The notes beneath the pieces are model-generated. The model saw only the letters and a program-made list of their open reading frames with translations. It ran no database searches and was not told the DNA's origin. From the IMG/VR virus record IMGVR_UViG_3300021495_000067: DNA of 64,000 nucleotides, one strand, 5' to 3'. Origin of the DNA: an uncultured virus (IMG/VR IMGVR_UViG_3300021495_000067) (lineage: Duplodnaviria > Heunggongvirae > Uroviricota > Caudoviricetes). Of this stretch, positions 31,013 to 38,433 are shown piece by piece (positions within the stretch are counted from its first letter, which is position 1; each line of letters begins with the position of its first letter). The translations under genes and the position numbers were made by a program.

Positions 31013-32266
31013 TTATAATTTCTTATTTGAAATAGGAGCTACCTCTATTGGACCACGCCAGAACCTCAAGCCATTGGTTGGATAACCAGAACCATCGCCC
31101 TTTCCTGCTGCCCATGGATGTATTGTTCCATCCCAGTATGTCGTCATGTATGGTAGTTCTTTCCTTATATCTCTCTTCCTTACATCTCCTTCTACTAAGT
31201 TCAGGTGCTCCATATATGTTACAAGTGTATATATTCTTTTCTCTTCTGGAGAGCCGAATCCGAAGACATCTGCTGGTTCTTTCTCTCCTGTTTCCCAGAA
31301 TTCATAAATTAACTTATCTATTGGCTCTATAGACAACTTCCGACCTACTATATTATATTCTACTTCTTTTAGTAGGTCACAGAGGAAGGTCTTAGAGAAT
31401 GCTTCAATGTCTTCTCTGTTCCTTCTATGTATCACCAAAAGATTTCTTTTGGTGAATTCTCGTTTTAATGCCTCCAGAAGCGTGAAGTAGAAATATTTTG
31501 TTTTATGAGAATCTAAAGTTTTATCAATAACAAGGAAAAGATTTTCTCTATATGCTATATGCCCAACCCGTTTCGCTATTTTTGTAATTTCTTGGTTAAT
31601 TATTTGCTTTCTTCGTTCTCTCAAGGTTTTTAATCGAGTAAGAAGATGCCAATAGTTTTCGGGTTTTAAGCCTTGTTTTTTGCGTTTTGCAATTGCCGAT
31701 TCCAATTTTTTAATTTCAATATCATAATTTGTGATTTTCTCTCTTGCTCTTTTTGGATTCTTAGTAATAACTTTTTGTAATTTCCCTTGACTATTTTTCT
31801 TTGTTACTGGTGCAAGTATCTTCTTTATAGATGGGAACTTAGCATCTGAGCCTTGAGGATAAGTTTTCCACCTATAATTCCTATCTAATTCTACAAATCC
31901 TCTATATGCCCTTCTTATAGCCCTTGCCCTATTAATAGGATGTTTAAATACCAAGCTGATTTTGCATTTCTGTTGTGTTAATTTTTGTTTAATGCGTATC
32001 AATTTCAAGTCGTCCCAATTAAAACTAAATGGTATTTGTATTTTTAATTTGTTTTGAGGAAAGATGATAGTATTTTGCTCCTTATCAAATTTAAGAGAGG
32101 ATTTAGGAACTGTATAGCATTTTTTTGCTTGAGGTTTTTTGTTATAGGTGCGATAAATTGCATTTTCACCTTTTTTGAATCTCCTAATTTCATTGAATAT
32201 TTGATAGTATAGGACAGGCTCATGTTCTCTGGATATTTCAAATACTCTTGTCCCGTAGATGCTCAT
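31013..32266 (-). CDS. Degenerate TnpB/Cas12f-like protein
   Basis: WED-like strands (IIFPQNKLKIQIP...IRIKQ...KISLVFK), GFVELD at the RuvC-I position, long basic bridge helices, LVIDKTL at RuvC-II, then YFTLLEALKREFTKRNLLVI and FSKTFLC. Confidence 0.5.
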   Translation of the reverse strand: MSIYGTRVFEISREHEPVLYYQIFNEIRRFKKGENAIYRTYNKKPQAKKCYTVPKSSLKFDKEQNTIIFPQNKLKIQIPFSFNWDDLKLIRIKQKLTQQKCKISLVFKHPINRARAIRRAYRGFVELDRNYRWKTYPQGSDAKFPSIKKILAPVTKKNSQGKLQKVITKNPKRAREKITNYDIEIKKLESAIAKRKKQGLKPENYWHLLTRLKTLRERRKQIINQEITKIAKRVGHIAYRENLFLVIDKTLDSHKTKYFYFTLLEALKREFTKRNLLVIHRRNREDIEAFSKTFLCDLLKEVEYNIVGRKLSIEPIDKLIYEFWETGEKEPADVFGFGSPEEKRIYTLVTYMEHLNLVEGDVRKRDIRKELPYMTTYWDGTIHPWAAGKGDGSGYPTNGLRFWRGPIEVAPISNKKL

Positions 32267-32295
32267 TTTTTCCTCCTTATAAATAATTTGTTTTT

Positions 32296-32312
32296 GTTAT
32301 ATAAAAAGGTTT
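32296..32312 (-). promoter_or_regulatory. TATA-box promoter of the TnpB-like gene
   Basis: AAACCTTTTTATATAAC, followed by an AGGAGG RBS. Confidence 0.55.
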
Positions 32313-33204
32313 ATTGTGATATAAACCTCAACCTAATATCCCTGCTCCCCGTTCCCTGGTTGATAGGCACACCAGCAACAATATTCTCATTTACCCCTCT
32401 CAATTCATCAGTCATGCCCTGTATAGCTGCATAAAGCAAAACATTCATGGTTTCTTCAAATGCCATTCTCATTATTACTGAGCTTTTATTCTTCATTACT
32501 CCTATCCTGCTTAAACTTTTTACTTCACCATCCTTTGTCATCATGTCTGCGATAAGTATGATATGCCGAATATCAACATTGAGACCTTCAGATTGGTAAA
32601 TATCATAAAGTTGCTCGATAATGGATTGTCGTGCTGCCTCTATACCGAGAATCTGTTCAATTTCTCTGATATTGTTTGTGGTTGTTCTTTTAGCATCTAT
32701 ACCTTTAATTTTCAGAACCTCACGAAGATTACTTCCTTCTGTGTATATTACTCTTTTGTCTTGGTTGTATTGTGCTAATTTTATACCTCTTACTTCTTGG
32801 ATTTCTTTCAATACCACATCAGGATTCCTGCTACCATCTAAAACAATTTGCATTCTCGGATACTTAATATTCCATGTTGCGTTGATTATTTCCTGAACTC
32901 TTTGTAAACCACCAGTTGTATGTCCAAACGAAACCCCTGCATAGTGAAAAGTTCTCAATATCATCTGCGTCGAGGGCTCTCCGAGTGATTGCGCAGCTAC
33001 AACTCCAACTGCATCACCTGCTTCAACCTTTGCCTGTTCATATTCAGTTTTTATCCTTTTCAATGCCTTCCTAATCTTTTCAGTAGAGAGCCCTGGATTG
33101 TTGTATTTCATAAGTTTTTCAATCGTTTCGATTTGTATCGCTTCAGGTAGTTCGTGTAACTCATTCCTTACTAACTTCTCAATAAATTCTCTTGTATGTT
33201 TCAT
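32311..33204 (-). CDS. rpoA2: DNA-directed RNA polymerase subunit A'' (Rpo1C), internally shortened
   Basis: GDAVGVVAAQSLGEPSTQMILRTFHYAG (trigger loop), TEGSNL, TTTNNIREI, LGIEAAR, VDIRHIILIADMMT, AFEET and ENIVAG..GTG. Confidence 0.95.
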   Translation of the reverse strand: MKHTREFIEKLVRNELHELPEAIQIETIEKLMKYNNPGLSTEKIRKALKRIKTEYEQAKVEAGDAVGVVAAQSLGEPSTQMILRTFHYAGVSFGHTTGGLQRVQEIINATWNIKYPRMQIVLDGSRNPDVVLKEIQEVRGIKLAQYNQDKRVIYTEGSNLREVLKIKGIDAKRTTTNNIREIEQILGIEAARQSIIEQLYDIYQSEGLNVDIRHIILIADMMTKDGEVKSLSRIGVMKNKSSVIMRMAFEETMNVLLYAAIQGMTDELRGVNENIVAGVPINQGTGSRDIRLRFISQ

Positions 33205-33283
33205 CTCTCCATACCTATAATTCCCCTAATACCTATCAAATTTGCCATATAACAAAATTTTGGTAGGAGGATAATATTTTTTA

Positions 33284-33670
33284 TTATCCTTTAATATCAA
33301 TTTCCTCCATGCTTATTTTTTGGTTAGTGTTTTTAGTTTTATTCTGATTCTTCACTAACTCTAAGAAATCTTCTAATCTCAAAACAACCAGAGCACCAGA
33401 TTTTGCATTTTTCTTATGTGTAATTAAAACTGGTATCTTACCTTCTTTCTTGGCAGGTTTCTCTGCATCATCTCGGAACATCGTATGATGAAGCCAGTTC
33501 TCTCTTAATCGTATTTCAAAATAGAAATTTTCAAATTCTGAACTCACTTCAATACAATCACTTGAAGTCCCGTGCCCCGAATTCTGCCCCGATAAAGGGT
33601 TTCTCTTGCCACCAAACTGTTTACATATTCGCCTTTCTAAATCTTTCCAAGTGTTTTTGGAGGTTGGCAT
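33284..33670 (-). CDS. Hjc-like Holliday junction resolvase / PD-(D/E)XK nuclease
   Basis: WKDLER, RNPLSG, SSDCI, YFEIR, PVLITHK and LEDFLEL motifs. Confidence 0.7.
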   Translation of the reverse strand: MPTSKNTWKDLERRICKQFGGKRNPLSGQNSGHGTSSDCIEVSSEFENFYFEIRLRENWLHHTMFRDDAEKPAKKEGKIPVLITHKKNAKSGALVVLRLEDFLELVKNQNKTKNTNQKISMEEIDIKG

Positions 33671-33672
33671 TT

Positions 33673-34206
33673 TTATTGGTTATTAAAAATTGGATTATAT
33701 TTCATAATTAACCTTTTTTCAATTCTTCTTCTCTCACTTTTACTACCATAGTTAGGGAAATAAATCAATATACAACCTTCCAGAAACTTGCTTACTGATT
33801 TTATATTGAACTTCTTAATAATTTTTGAAAGTAGGCAATCATCTCCAATTTCCCAATCATCAGGGTTATTCATCTCTATAATTGGAAAATGGCTTTTTAA
33901 TCTGCGCCTTATATCTACTGTTTCACCAATATATAGATGCCCATACTGAAAATGAAATATATCGTAAATCCCAGGGACTTTATCTATTTTCTGTAATCTA
34001 ATCCGAGGATATTGAAAATAAACATCAGGAAAGAAATAATCTTTTTCTATAACAAATTCAGAGCCCTCATATTTTACTTTTGTTCCTTTTTCTAATTTCC
34101 AAAGTCTTACATTAGGAGGAAATCCTAAGTTAAGAGCTTTACAATCCTCTTTCTCATAAAATATAGGTAAGCGGGATATTTTTGCATCATTTACTTTTTT
34201 GTTCAT
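33673..34206 (-). CDS. GIY-YIG endonuclease
   Basis: PGIY...LYIGETVDIRRRLKSH...IEKRLI...PIFN. Confidence 0.85.
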   Translation of the reverse strand: MNKKVNDAKISRLPIFYEKEDCKALNLGFPPNVRLWKLEKGTKVKYEGSEFVIEKDYFFPDVYFQYPRIRLQKIDKVPGIYDIFHFQYGHLYIGETVDIRRRLKSHFPIIEMNNPDDWEIGDDCLLSKIIKKFNIKSVSKFLEGCILIYFPNYGSKSERRRIEKRLIMKYNPIFNNQ

Positions 34207-34209
34207 TTC

Positions 34210-34518
34210 TCACCTCCTATATCCTTGAAACATCCATTTTCCATCCAGCCACAAAATAGTATGCACAAGTTTATGGCAATGCTCGCATAAAGGATAAAGG
34301 TTCTCATCACTTGCATCACCATTAGGTATCCTGTGATGGATTATGCAATGCTTCTCACGATTACATAGATAGCATCTGTAATTCCATTTTTTCAGTATTC
34401 GCTCTCGTGTTTTGTCATTAACCTCTTCTTTTTTCCTATCTAACTCCATTAATCCATTTGACACATCCTTCGTTAAGAACATTAATCGCTCATAATTGAA
34501 ACTCATTCCACAATCCAC
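34210..34518 (-). CDS. HNH endonuclease
   Basis: CYLC...IHHRIP...NLYPLCEHCHKLVH. Confidence 0.88.
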   Translation of the reverse strand: MDCGMSFNYERLMFLTKDVSNGLMELDRKKEEVNDKTRERILKKWNYRCYLCNREKHCIIHHRIPNGDASDENLYPLCEHCHKLVHTILWLDGKWMFQGYRR

Positions 34519-35069
34519 CCCACAAGATGTTCCCTTATCTCCTTTTTCTCGTCTTTATCGAAAGGGATATTCAGGTAATACTTCATAGCTGTTGGTTCAC
34601 TATGTCCCTGGCACATGGCTATCAGTGGAATACTCTCAGGATATGTCGCTACCAACCAAGATTCATAGGTCTTTCTGAAAGTCTTTACTGATAAGGTTGC
34701 ATCCTTTGGCACTTCCAATTTGCTTCTTTTCAGTGCAGTTTTTAGCATCCCATCAAATGCTATGTAGGAAGGATATTTGTATCCATCCTCAAATAGCCTA
34801 TCAACCGCAACCTTGCCGAGCCTTGTGAGATAGATATACCTATCAGGTGTTACTCTCTTTCTCTTTCTATCTGCTATCCGTGGCAAGTGAATAATTTTCT
34901 TTTCGCTTTCATACCAGTGAGGATTCAATGCGAATTTTTGCATCTCTGCATATCTCATGCCTGTATAAAGCAAAGCATCACTCAATACTCTATGTCTGAC
35001 TTTCATTGCACCTCTCAACTTCTCATACTCACTCGGTGTTAGTATGACTATACCATTCTTTTGATACAT
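34503..35069 (-). CDS. Tyrosine recombinase/integrase, catalytic domain only
   Basis: LYTGMRYAE (R), KTFRKT (K/H-x-x-R), QGHS and MKYY. Start set at MYQKNG. Confidence 0.85.
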   Translation of the reverse strand: MYQKNGIVILTPSEYEKLRGAMKVRHRVLSDALLYTGMRYAEMQKFALNPHWYESEKKIIHLPRIADRKRKRVTPDRYIYLTRLGKVAVDRLFEDGYKYPSYIAFDGMLKTALKRSKLEVPKDATLSVKTFRKTYESWLVATYPESIPLIAMCQGHSEPTAMKYYLNIPFDKDEKKEIREHLVGWIVE

Positions 35070-35499
35070 TCCCTTAATTATTAATATTATACCCCTTATA
35101 TATAAAGGTTTTAATTGTGGTTGTAAGGTTACCATAAAAGACCTATTCAGAGGGTTTAAAAATAAACTCTGAGAAGAGTTTTTACAGAAATCCTTAATAT
35201 TTTACCATAGGATATTAAAAGGAAATTAAGCTTTTTGCTTCCATATCAAATTGAAGATGTCAAGGTTATTGCCCCCCTTCAACCATCACCTCTTCCTTGC
35301 ACCAATCCTTAACCTCAGAGCAATTTATCTTCATATCCACCGCTGGAAGTTCACCAGTCCAGTTTTGTTTCTGGCAGGATTTACAGATGGTGATTTTCTG
35401 TTGTTCAGCGATAAGATGTCCGAGATAGACTATGTAAAAGAGGAAGAGAGAAATTACTATCACTTCTAATATTTTAAATGCTTTCATTTTATCAGCTTC

Positions 35500-35865
35500 T
35501 TATTTATGATGTATTTCCGTATTTACAAAAATTACTGGTATAGTTTTGTCTCTTTTTTCCATGATTACAACTGAATAATCAAAGTTATAAGGGATAACTA
35601 ATTCCAAATAGCCAGCAGATATTTTGATACCATTATTAAGAGTAACAAAAAATTCACGATGCCCAGAGTTCATATAAAAATCTACATGAGTAACTCTGTA
35701 AAGCTTATTAGGTTCTAAATTATATTTTTTGTTATATTTTTTGCAGTAGTCTATGCTATTGCAAACAACTCTTACAATATCTCCTTTGTGAGGGATTTCT
35801 CTACCAACATACCGAATTACATCATCTCGAATTACATCATCTTCCGTTTTTTCAGTCTTTTTCAT
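35500..35865 (-). CDS. Hypothetical protein with in-frame 15-bp duplication (DDVIR x2)
   Basis: CGAATTACATCATCT x2 at 35813-35842. Confidence 0.55.
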   Translation of the reverse strand: MKKTEKTEDDVIRDDVIRYVGREIPHKGDIVRVVCNSIDYCKKYNKKYNLEPNKLYRVTHVDFYMNSGHREFFVTLNNGIKISAGYLELVIPYNFDYSVVIMEKRDKTIPVIFVNTEIHHK

Positions 35866-35868
35866 TTT

Positions 35869-36123
35869 TTACCCCCTAACATAATAAATCGCTAAAAACC
35901 TTTTATTGGCAGGATTTCTCGTGATTCTGACCTTGCCTTGTTTTTTTAGCCGATATAAATGCTTTCTTATCGTGTCCTTATGGAGATTTAATACCTCTGA
36001 TAATGACTGTAAATCAGTAGGCTGGTTTAAGCTTTTTATGGCTTTTAAAATCCTTTCATCTGCCTGTTGCTGTTTTATCTGTCCTATAAGTTTGTATATC
36101 CCGTTGTTTTTAGTTCTTTTCAT
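35869..36123 (-). CDS. Winged-helix DNA-binding protein
   Basis: LQSLSEVLNLHKDTIRKHLYRLKKQGKV. Confidence 0.8.
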   Translation of the reverse strand: MKRTKNNGIYKLIGQIKQQQADERILKAIKSLNQPTDLQSLSEVLNLHKDTIRKHLYRLKKQGKVRITRNPANKRFLAIYYVRG

Positions 36124-36543
36124 TTTTTATCTCTTCCGCAAATTCTAAAAATTCCTTGCTCTGAATAGCAGGGTATTTCTTGAATAGCTCGCTGAATGAA
36201 AAGCATACATCAATAGCGATATTTTTATCATATACTACCATTACTTCTCTTTCAATATCATCCATCATCACTTCATAGTATAACTTGTTCATTTTTTGTC
36301 ATCTCCACCTTATACTACAAATTTTGAAATTTTCTATTTTATTTAAAAGCTTCACAACGGTTTTTTCAATTTCTTTTTTCCTTTCTTTTGGTGTTTTCCC
36401 ATCTATCTCAATTTCAATTATAGCATCAGTCATATTTTCTCCCCCCTTAAACTATTCAGATACCCTTTTATAAGTAGTTATTCCACTAAAAATACCTCAT
36501 AAACAATTATTTATAGATATTCTACTTAGAAATCCTCAACCCT

Positions 36544-36897
36544 TTAAAACTTTTTCCTTAATAATCTTCTCTCATAGTCTCTGTAAACATTCCCAGTTGG
36601 ATACAGAAAGTCACTAAGTTTTTTAGCTTGTGCCCTATCAAATACCCACTCATATAGTTTATTTTCATTTTCTCGCATCGCATCTTTGGTCATTGTAACA
36701 ACAAATTCAACATCATTATATGTAGAGCCTGCTTTCTCTTGCCATGCTGTTACTTTTACTTTATGCCCTCCTAACCACTTTAGCTGATATCTTAATGGAC
36801 GGAAAGTAGGACATGAACCATACTTTTTGATTATTCTCTGCTTTATTGTTTTCACTAATTCCCTTGTATCTTTTATCATTTTTCTTCTTGTTCTCAT
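36544..36897 (-). CDS. Basic hypothetical protein
   Basis: ORF with its own upstream TATA-like element. Confidence 0.6.
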   Translation of the reverse strand: MRTRRKMIKDTRELVKTIKQRIIKKYGSCPTFRPLRYQLKWLGGHKVKVTAWQEKAGSTYNDVEFVVTMTKDAMRENENKLYEWVFDRAQAKKLSDFLYPTGNVYRDYERRLLRKKF

Positions 36898-36940
36898 TGT
36901 ATATTAATATAAAAGTTTTATTTAAATATTTTTTTTTTGG

Positions 36941-37216
36941 CTATTCAAACATCCTTCCACTTTTCTTATTCTCCCATCTCCTCAAATAATCCTCCTCTGT
37001 TTTTCCTTTTTTCTTATCCTTTATCCATTTTAATACTCTCTGAAAAGATGTTGATTTGCTATCACATTGTTTCGTCGTTATCACCACCTCAAGATATTTT
37101 ATCTTTTTGTATTCCAGTATCGCAGGGACAACCCTTGCAATCAGGTATATGATGGATATTACTAAGGCTATTTTAGCTACATATACTATTTGCGCACCTG
37201 TTATTGGTTCTGTCAT
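36941..37216 (-). CDS. Small single-TM protein
   Basis: N-terminal hydrophobic helix; ATGA overlap with the nuclease gene. Confidence 0.6.
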   Translation of the reverse strand: MTEPITGAQIVYVAKIALVISIIYLIARVVPAILEYKKIKYLEVVITTKQCDSKSTSFQRVLKWIKDKKKGKTEEDYLRRWENKKSGRMFE

Positions 37217-37530
37217 TCAAATACCCTCCTAACTAAAAAATCCTTACTTATCTCTCCTTCTTTTATTCTAATAACTCTCCATCCTTCCCTTTTTAATTGA
37301 TAATCTTTAAATCTATCTCTTCTTATTGCTTTCTTTGAACTGTGCCACTTTTTCCCATCTACTTCTATTGCTATTTTCTTATCTATGATAGCAAAATCTA
37401 ATACAAAACCACTGTGAGTTGGATACTGAGGAATATACTCAATATCCAACTCCTTTAGTATACTCTCAACCTGCCTTTCAAGTGAAGTCAATCTCAAACT
37501 TCCTCCTCTTATTATTACTTCATTCTGCAT
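37213..37530 (-). CDS. DUF559/Vsr-like endonuclease
   Basis: TSLE, QY, FVLDFA, IAIEVDGKKWH, RDRFKD and GWRVIRI motifs. Confidence 0.88.
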   Translation of the reverse strand: MQNEVIIRGGSLRLTSLERQVESILKELDIEYIPQYPTHSGFVLDFAIIDKKIAIEVDGKKWHSSKKAIRRDRFKDYQLKREGWRVIRIKEGEISKDFLVRRVFE

Positions 37531-37629
37531 CTCCTCACCTCACCTTGCCAGACCATACCAGACCAGTCCTCACCATAGCTCACTGAGCCACATCTCACCA
37601 TACCCCACTTCACCTCACCAAACCAGACT
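37530..37629 (-). repeat. Pentamer array (GGY-NN) x20, candidate guide RNA
   Basis: AGT-CT GGT-TT GGT-GA GGT-GA AGT-GG GGT-AT GGT-GA GAT-GT GGC-TC AGT-GA GCT-AT GGT-GA GGA-CT GGT-CT GGT-AT GGT-CT GGC-AA GGT-GA GGT-GA GGA-GA. Confidence 0.9.
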
Positions 37630-37652
37630 CATCTAATAAATTATTAGATGAG
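37628..37652 (-). other. Perfect 11-bp hairpin between the RAMP-like gene and the array
   Basis: CTCATCTAATA-ATT-TATTAGATGAG. Confidence 0.85.
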
Positions 37653-37658
37653 AATAAT

Positions 37659-38204
37659 CTACTCAATTTTTTCAAATTTTATCACCTCAAATAGACCAAA
37701 TAAAGGTCTGAAATCAAGTAGTCCATTGTATCGCCCCGCATCTATGAGTATTTGCTTTAAAATCGAAGGAGTAATAATTACATCTAAAATCTCTATGGTA
37801 AAACGAAGTTTCCAATCATCAAATCTTGGTCTTGCTCTTATTATTCTCGCTTTTCCTACTACAACAGGTCGTAGGTCTACTTCCCATCCATTTTCAGTAA
37901 TCAATGGTATCTCTTCTGGTTCAATTCTCACCCCTGAATAAATAAATTCTTTGAATGTCTTTTTACCTCTGCCTGGGACTTTAAAGTTTGAAGCACTCTT
38001 TTTCAGACATGCCAGAATTGCTAAGGAAGGAACAATAATTTTACCTTCCTTAGCAAGATATAAAAGTTTCTTTGCCTCTTCTCTTGGTTCAATTTCCTTT
38101 TTCCCACGACTCGACTTGTTCTCTCTTTCTTCTAACATGTGCCTGCATGAATTCATTAGTAAGGGTCTTATTCCCTTTATTTCTACTTCATACTTCTCAT
38201 TCAT
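37659..38204 (-). CDS. RAMP/Cas7-like (ferredoxin-fold) protein associated with the pentamer array
   Basis: YEVEIKGIRPLLMN first strand, IIVPSLAILACLKKSA helix, RARPRFDDWKLRFTI and C-terminal Gly-rich loop AGRYNGLLDFRPLFGLF. Confidence 0.7.
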   Translation of the reverse strand: MNEKYEVEIKGIRPLLMNSCRHMLEERENKSSRGKKEIEPREEAKKLLYLAKEGKIIVPSLAILACLKKSASNFKVPGRGKKTFKEFIYSGVRIEPEEIPLITENGWEVDLRPVVVGKARIIRARPRFDDWKLRFTIEILDVIITPSILKQILIDAGRYNGLLDFRPLFGLFEVIKFEKIE

Positions 38205-38391
38205 TTTTCTCCTCTCCCAATATTCTTACTTCTTTCATTCCAATCATCTCTTCTCTCTTTCCTCTTAGGCTCAGTGTCCCTACTGTTTTGCCCTTATCGT
38301 CCTCCAAAGCGATGTATGTTCTTTCTGCTTTCTCTGATATTGTTACTCTCCTTATCTTATACAATACTTCTTTACTTTTCATCTTCATCAC
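38197..38391 (-). CDS. Small hypothetical protein leading the RAMP-like operon
   Basis: Overlaps the start of the RAMP-like gene and lies just downstream of the promoter. Confidence 0.55.
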   Translation of the reverse strand: MMKMKSKEVLYKIRRVTISEKAERTYIALEDDKGKTVGTLSLRGKREEMIGMKEVRILGEEKNE

Positions 38392-38409
38392 TATATAATA
38401 GTATAAGTT

Positions 38410-38430
38410 ACTTATATATAAAGTTTTAAA
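38410..38430 (-). promoter_or_regulatory. TATA-box promoter of the RAMP-like/array operon
   Basis: TTTAAAACTTTATATATAAGT about 25 nt before the first ORF. Confidence 0.6.
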
Positions 38431-38433
38431 GTT

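Noticed and set aside
31013..32266. Active IS200/IS605 or IS607 element
   Set aside because: No TnpA or serine recombinase nearby, no terminal hairpins recognised, and the RuvC motifs are degenerate.
32311..33204. Host chromosomal RNAP operon indicating cellular DNA
   Set aside because: No rpoH, rpoB, rpoA1, rpl30e or nusA neighbours. Flanks and composition match the viral context.
34782..34796. Integrase codons CTA TTT GAG GAT GGA match the first five array dinucleotides in NNx spacing
   Set aside because: Only 10 specified bases match and the match fails at the sixth unit. Hits of this length are expected by chance in 64 kb.
37530..37629. Array as a CRISPR array, a microsatellite or a coding repeat
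   Set aside because: The unit is 5 nt with no 25-40 nt repeats or spacers. Variation is concentrated in two fixed positions, unlike slippage repeats. A period of 5 does not fit codons, and no RBS-led ORF spans it.
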